Assembly: GCA_964019425.1 (NCBI GenBank)
Contig: OZ025794.1
Location: 930,001 to 994,000 of the forward strand
Direction of reading: 5' to 3'
Origin: Flectonema sp. DT1601
Taxonomy: Eukaryota
DNA length: 64,000 bases
Shown here: positions 61,498-64,000 of the stretch, one piece after another
How positions within the stretch are numbered: the first letter of the stretch is position 1
How the letters are laid out: each line of letters opens with the position of its first letter
The notes under the pieces: model-generated
What the model was told of the DNA's origin: nothing
The model's input: only the letters and a program-made list of their open reading frames with translations
Database searches by the model: none
Translations under genes and position numbers: made by a program

Positions 61498-64000
61498 TTA
61501 TGTTTTTTTTTCTAATGCTGCCAGACGATGCATGTTTCTTGTTAAAACAGCATCGAGGTCCTTAGACTCTCTGAGACTCATACTTTGTAAGCTGCAAGAT
61601 CTTGACAGAGGTGCGAGGGTTGTATCAAGAATAGAACGACGCAACCCACCCTGCGACTCAGACAAGGCTTCTTTTAAAGTCTTAGGACGAGACGCTGTCA
61701 ATGCTGTAATACTTCCACTAGAAAGATCAACATCAGGAAGAGTTCCTCTTATAGGTGCGCTGTAAGGTCTTCCAAACACATCAACTTTATCCTTTAACAC
61801 CCTTGATGGAGGAGAAAGTCTACGAGGTGAAGCACGATCACCTCTAATAGGAGATAGTGCCCGATTCTTCCGTTGCGGTGCTGCTGTTGATGCTAGAGGG
61901 TCATTAGTAAGAGTATTTGTATTTCCCGAGTGAGAAAGTGATCCGAATCGTAATCCCTGCCAAACTTCAGCAGATGCTGAGTTTGCAGTTCCATTCATTA
62001 GTTGTTGTTGAGTATGTCGCTTTTTAACGAGTTCTGCCATGTTTGCAGTTGCCGCTCTTATTTCAAGAGCCTCAACACTCCGACGCTGTCTAATCGCTTC
62101 AACTCTCGGGCACTCATCATCAGATAAAGTAGCAACTCTAGGAGTTACTGCATACCTGCTATTCACCGTTTCTGGACGATTCTGAAATGCCGCTAATTCT
62201 ATACTCCATGAATCCTTTGTGTACAGTAACGCATTGTCTGGTAAGTTAGGTACCATAACAACAGAATTGTCTTCATCCCCAATCTCTGCGATCACTGTAT
62301 CTTCATCATCATCACTAAGTTGATGTCTCCACTTATCAGGTGATCTTGGTGGTGCTGTGTTGCTTGATTTGGTGTGGCCTGCTGATTGTTTCCGTTTCTT
62401 TTTGTGTTTCTTTTTCCTTTTTTCACTTTCATTCCTTGGCGTGTCTTCCTTTGCAGTCGTATCGACTTCTGATTGTGTGCTGATGTCTTTTCCTGCTTGA
62501 GGAGGTCTTAATGACAGACTAGGAAGTGCCATTCCATTGTGATGGTAGTCATCAAAAGACTCAGATGGTACTATTTCAGAGAGAGCTGCTGATTGTTGTA
62601 AGTCTGTTGCTGCAGTCTGACGAACTGGAATTTCAGTTTCAACATCAGCAGAAGGATACACAAATGTTGTTTCAGCAACAAGAGACAAATCTTTATCCAA
62701 TTGATACTGTGATGGTGGTGGTGGTGGCGGTGGTGGTAACTCTTCCTCAACCTCAATTGGAAGAGTCTTCTGTACTGAAGGACTCACTTGACTGACGTAT
62801 TGATTACTTACTACAGGTGGCGATGGACTTCTAGCTGATACAACAGACTCAGCAACAACACCAGTCGTACTGAACTCATGTTGACGACCTGTCCATTTGC
62901 AATACTTTGATGCTGTTGAAGCTTCCTGTCCACAATGAGGACAAGACTCAGTTGGTAATGAATTCTGTTGCTGATCGTCACCAACACGTTCAGAGTAATC
63001 ATCATGACCAACAGTTAGTGATGGTGATGAACTTTGTTGAGCTATAGTTTGATGTCTGTGTTGGTTATCAGTCGATAATAATCCTTGATCAGATGTAATT
63101 GAAGGAGTAATAACATTCTGTTGTTGATATCCTGGACTACTTTCAGAAGTAATACTTTGGATTGCATGACTTCCATAACCGGGAGTATGTTGTTCAGAAT
63201 TATAAGGCACCTGTCTCCTAACAGATGGTGTCTCAACCTGTTGTTGATTGTGACCACCACTATGATGACTAAGTGACGATGGTGAGATAGCCTGTTGTAA
63301 AGGATACTGTTGTGGTTGTTGTTGCTGTAGTTGCTGTGGTAGGTGTTGTTGCTGATATTGTTGTGGTTGTTGTTGCTGTTGTTGCCAATCAGAATGAACA
63401 GGTTGCTGATTTGGTACATTTGACGCATTCCAAAGAGGAGGATCAGAAATAGTATTTGGTGAACTTTGAATTGGAATAATAACATCAGGTGAATAATCCA
63501 TTACATGTTCAGCATTGAGAGGTTTAACAGGTGGAATACCAACAGGGAGTGTACTCTCTTGATGATACCAATCATCTGACTGTTGTTGAGGTTGTTGAGT
63601 AAAATGATTATTACCACTCGAGTAGACAGGAGAAACAGTTCCATGATATCCAACACTAGTTGGATGTGATTGTGTTGATGTTACTACTGGAGGTGAATTA
63701 ATATTTTCACCCGACCCTGTTCCTGATGGAATCGAGTCCTCCACAGAATTAGGAACAGGTTGAAGTTGTTGTGGTCTGCTGTATGCTATGGCTGTTGGTT
63801 CTATTTGCGGTAGTTCCTCAGTTGGTGGAGTTCTCACTTTTTCTGTTGGAATTGTCGCAGGCTTTCCGACATCACCGCGCTCCCGTCTGACCTTTTCTTC
63901 TAAAAGTACCTCCTCGCGGATGCGTTCTTCCTTTTCTCGTTTGATACGTTCAGACTTTAGCCTTTGTTGTTCATCTAGTTCTTGTCGCCATTGAAGTTTT
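61498..64000 (-). CDS. Large low-complexity protein with a coiled coil and a small Cys/His motif; 5' end outside the window
   Basis: The frame stays open to the window edge (KLQWRQELDEQQRLKSERIKREKEE..., reminiscent of CCDC66/CSPP1 coils). Q/P/S-rich. CPHCG...YCKWTGRQH at 62878-62943. Confidence 0.85.
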   Translation of the reverse strand, partial: KLQWRQELDEQQRLKSERIKREKEERIREEVLLEEKVRRERGDVGKPATIPTEKVRTPPTEELPQIEPTAIAYSRPQQLQPVPNSVEDSIPSGTGSGENINSPPVVTSTQSHPTSVGYHGTVSPVYSSGNNHFTQQPQQQSDDWYHQESTLPVGIPPVKPLNAEHVMDYSPDVIIPIQSSPNTISDPPLWNASNVPNQQPVHSDWQQQQQQPQQYQQQHLPQQLQQQQPQQYPLQQAISPSSLSHHSGGHNQQQVETPSVRRQVPYNSEQHTPGYGSHAIQSITSESSPGYQQQNVITPSITSDQGLLSTDNQHRHQTIAQQSSSPSLTVGHDDYSERVGDDQQQNSLPTESCPHCGQEASTASKYCKWTGRQHEFSTTGVVAESVVSARSPSPPVVSNQYVSQVSPSVQKTLPIEVEEELPPPPPPPPSQYQLDKDLSLVAETTFVYPSADVETEIPVRQTAATDLQQSAALSEIVPSESFDDYHHNGMALPSLSLRPPQAGKDISTQSEVDTTAKEDTPRNESEKRKKKHKKKRKQSAGHTKSSNTAPPRSPDKWRHQLSDDDEDTVIAEIGDEDNSVVMVPNLPDNALLYTKDSWSIELAAFQNRPETVNSRYAVTPRVATLSDDECPRVEAIRQRRSVEALEIRAATANMAELVKKRHTQQQLMNGTANSASAEVWQGLRFGSLSHSGNTNTLTNDPLASTAAPQRKNRALSPIRGDRASPRRLSPPSRVLKDKVDVFGRPYSAPIRGTLPDVDLSSGSITALTASRPKTLKEALSESQGGLRRSILDTTLAPLSRSCSLQSMSLRESKDLDAVLTRNMHRLAALEKKT

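Overview
This is AT-rich eukaryotic nuclear DNA from a flagellated protist. A euglenozoan, probably a diplonemid, is my inference from gene content and organisation and was not tested by search. Every credible gene lies on the minus strand, which fits a directional (polycistronic-type) cluster, yet several genes have short GT-AG introns. 1-6.8 kb holds a scrambled tandem array of membrane-bound class III nucleotidyl cyclase-like genes that lack catalytic residues, plus a hAT transposase relic. 7.2-9.4 kb is a modular minisatellite whose long module folds into a hairpin. 12-48 kb has genes separated by long poly(A)/poly(T) spacers: a GH3 beta-glucosidase, a Ubl-ankyrin-CaaX protein, three diverged paralogs of an unrecognised four-TM protein, a RING protein fused to a bacterial YdjG-like core, and a MYND/polyQ protein. 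48.6-64 kb is compact: NDUFB9-like, XRRA1-like, a small ORF, a Ded1/DDX3-like helicase, two hypothetical proteins, CFAP91 and a partial gene. The best leads are two compositional classes of 3' splice acceptor, the RING-YdjG fusion, the tetraspan trio, the hairpin satellite, and single candidate C/D and AGA-box guide RNAs. Family assignments come from motif recognition by eye.
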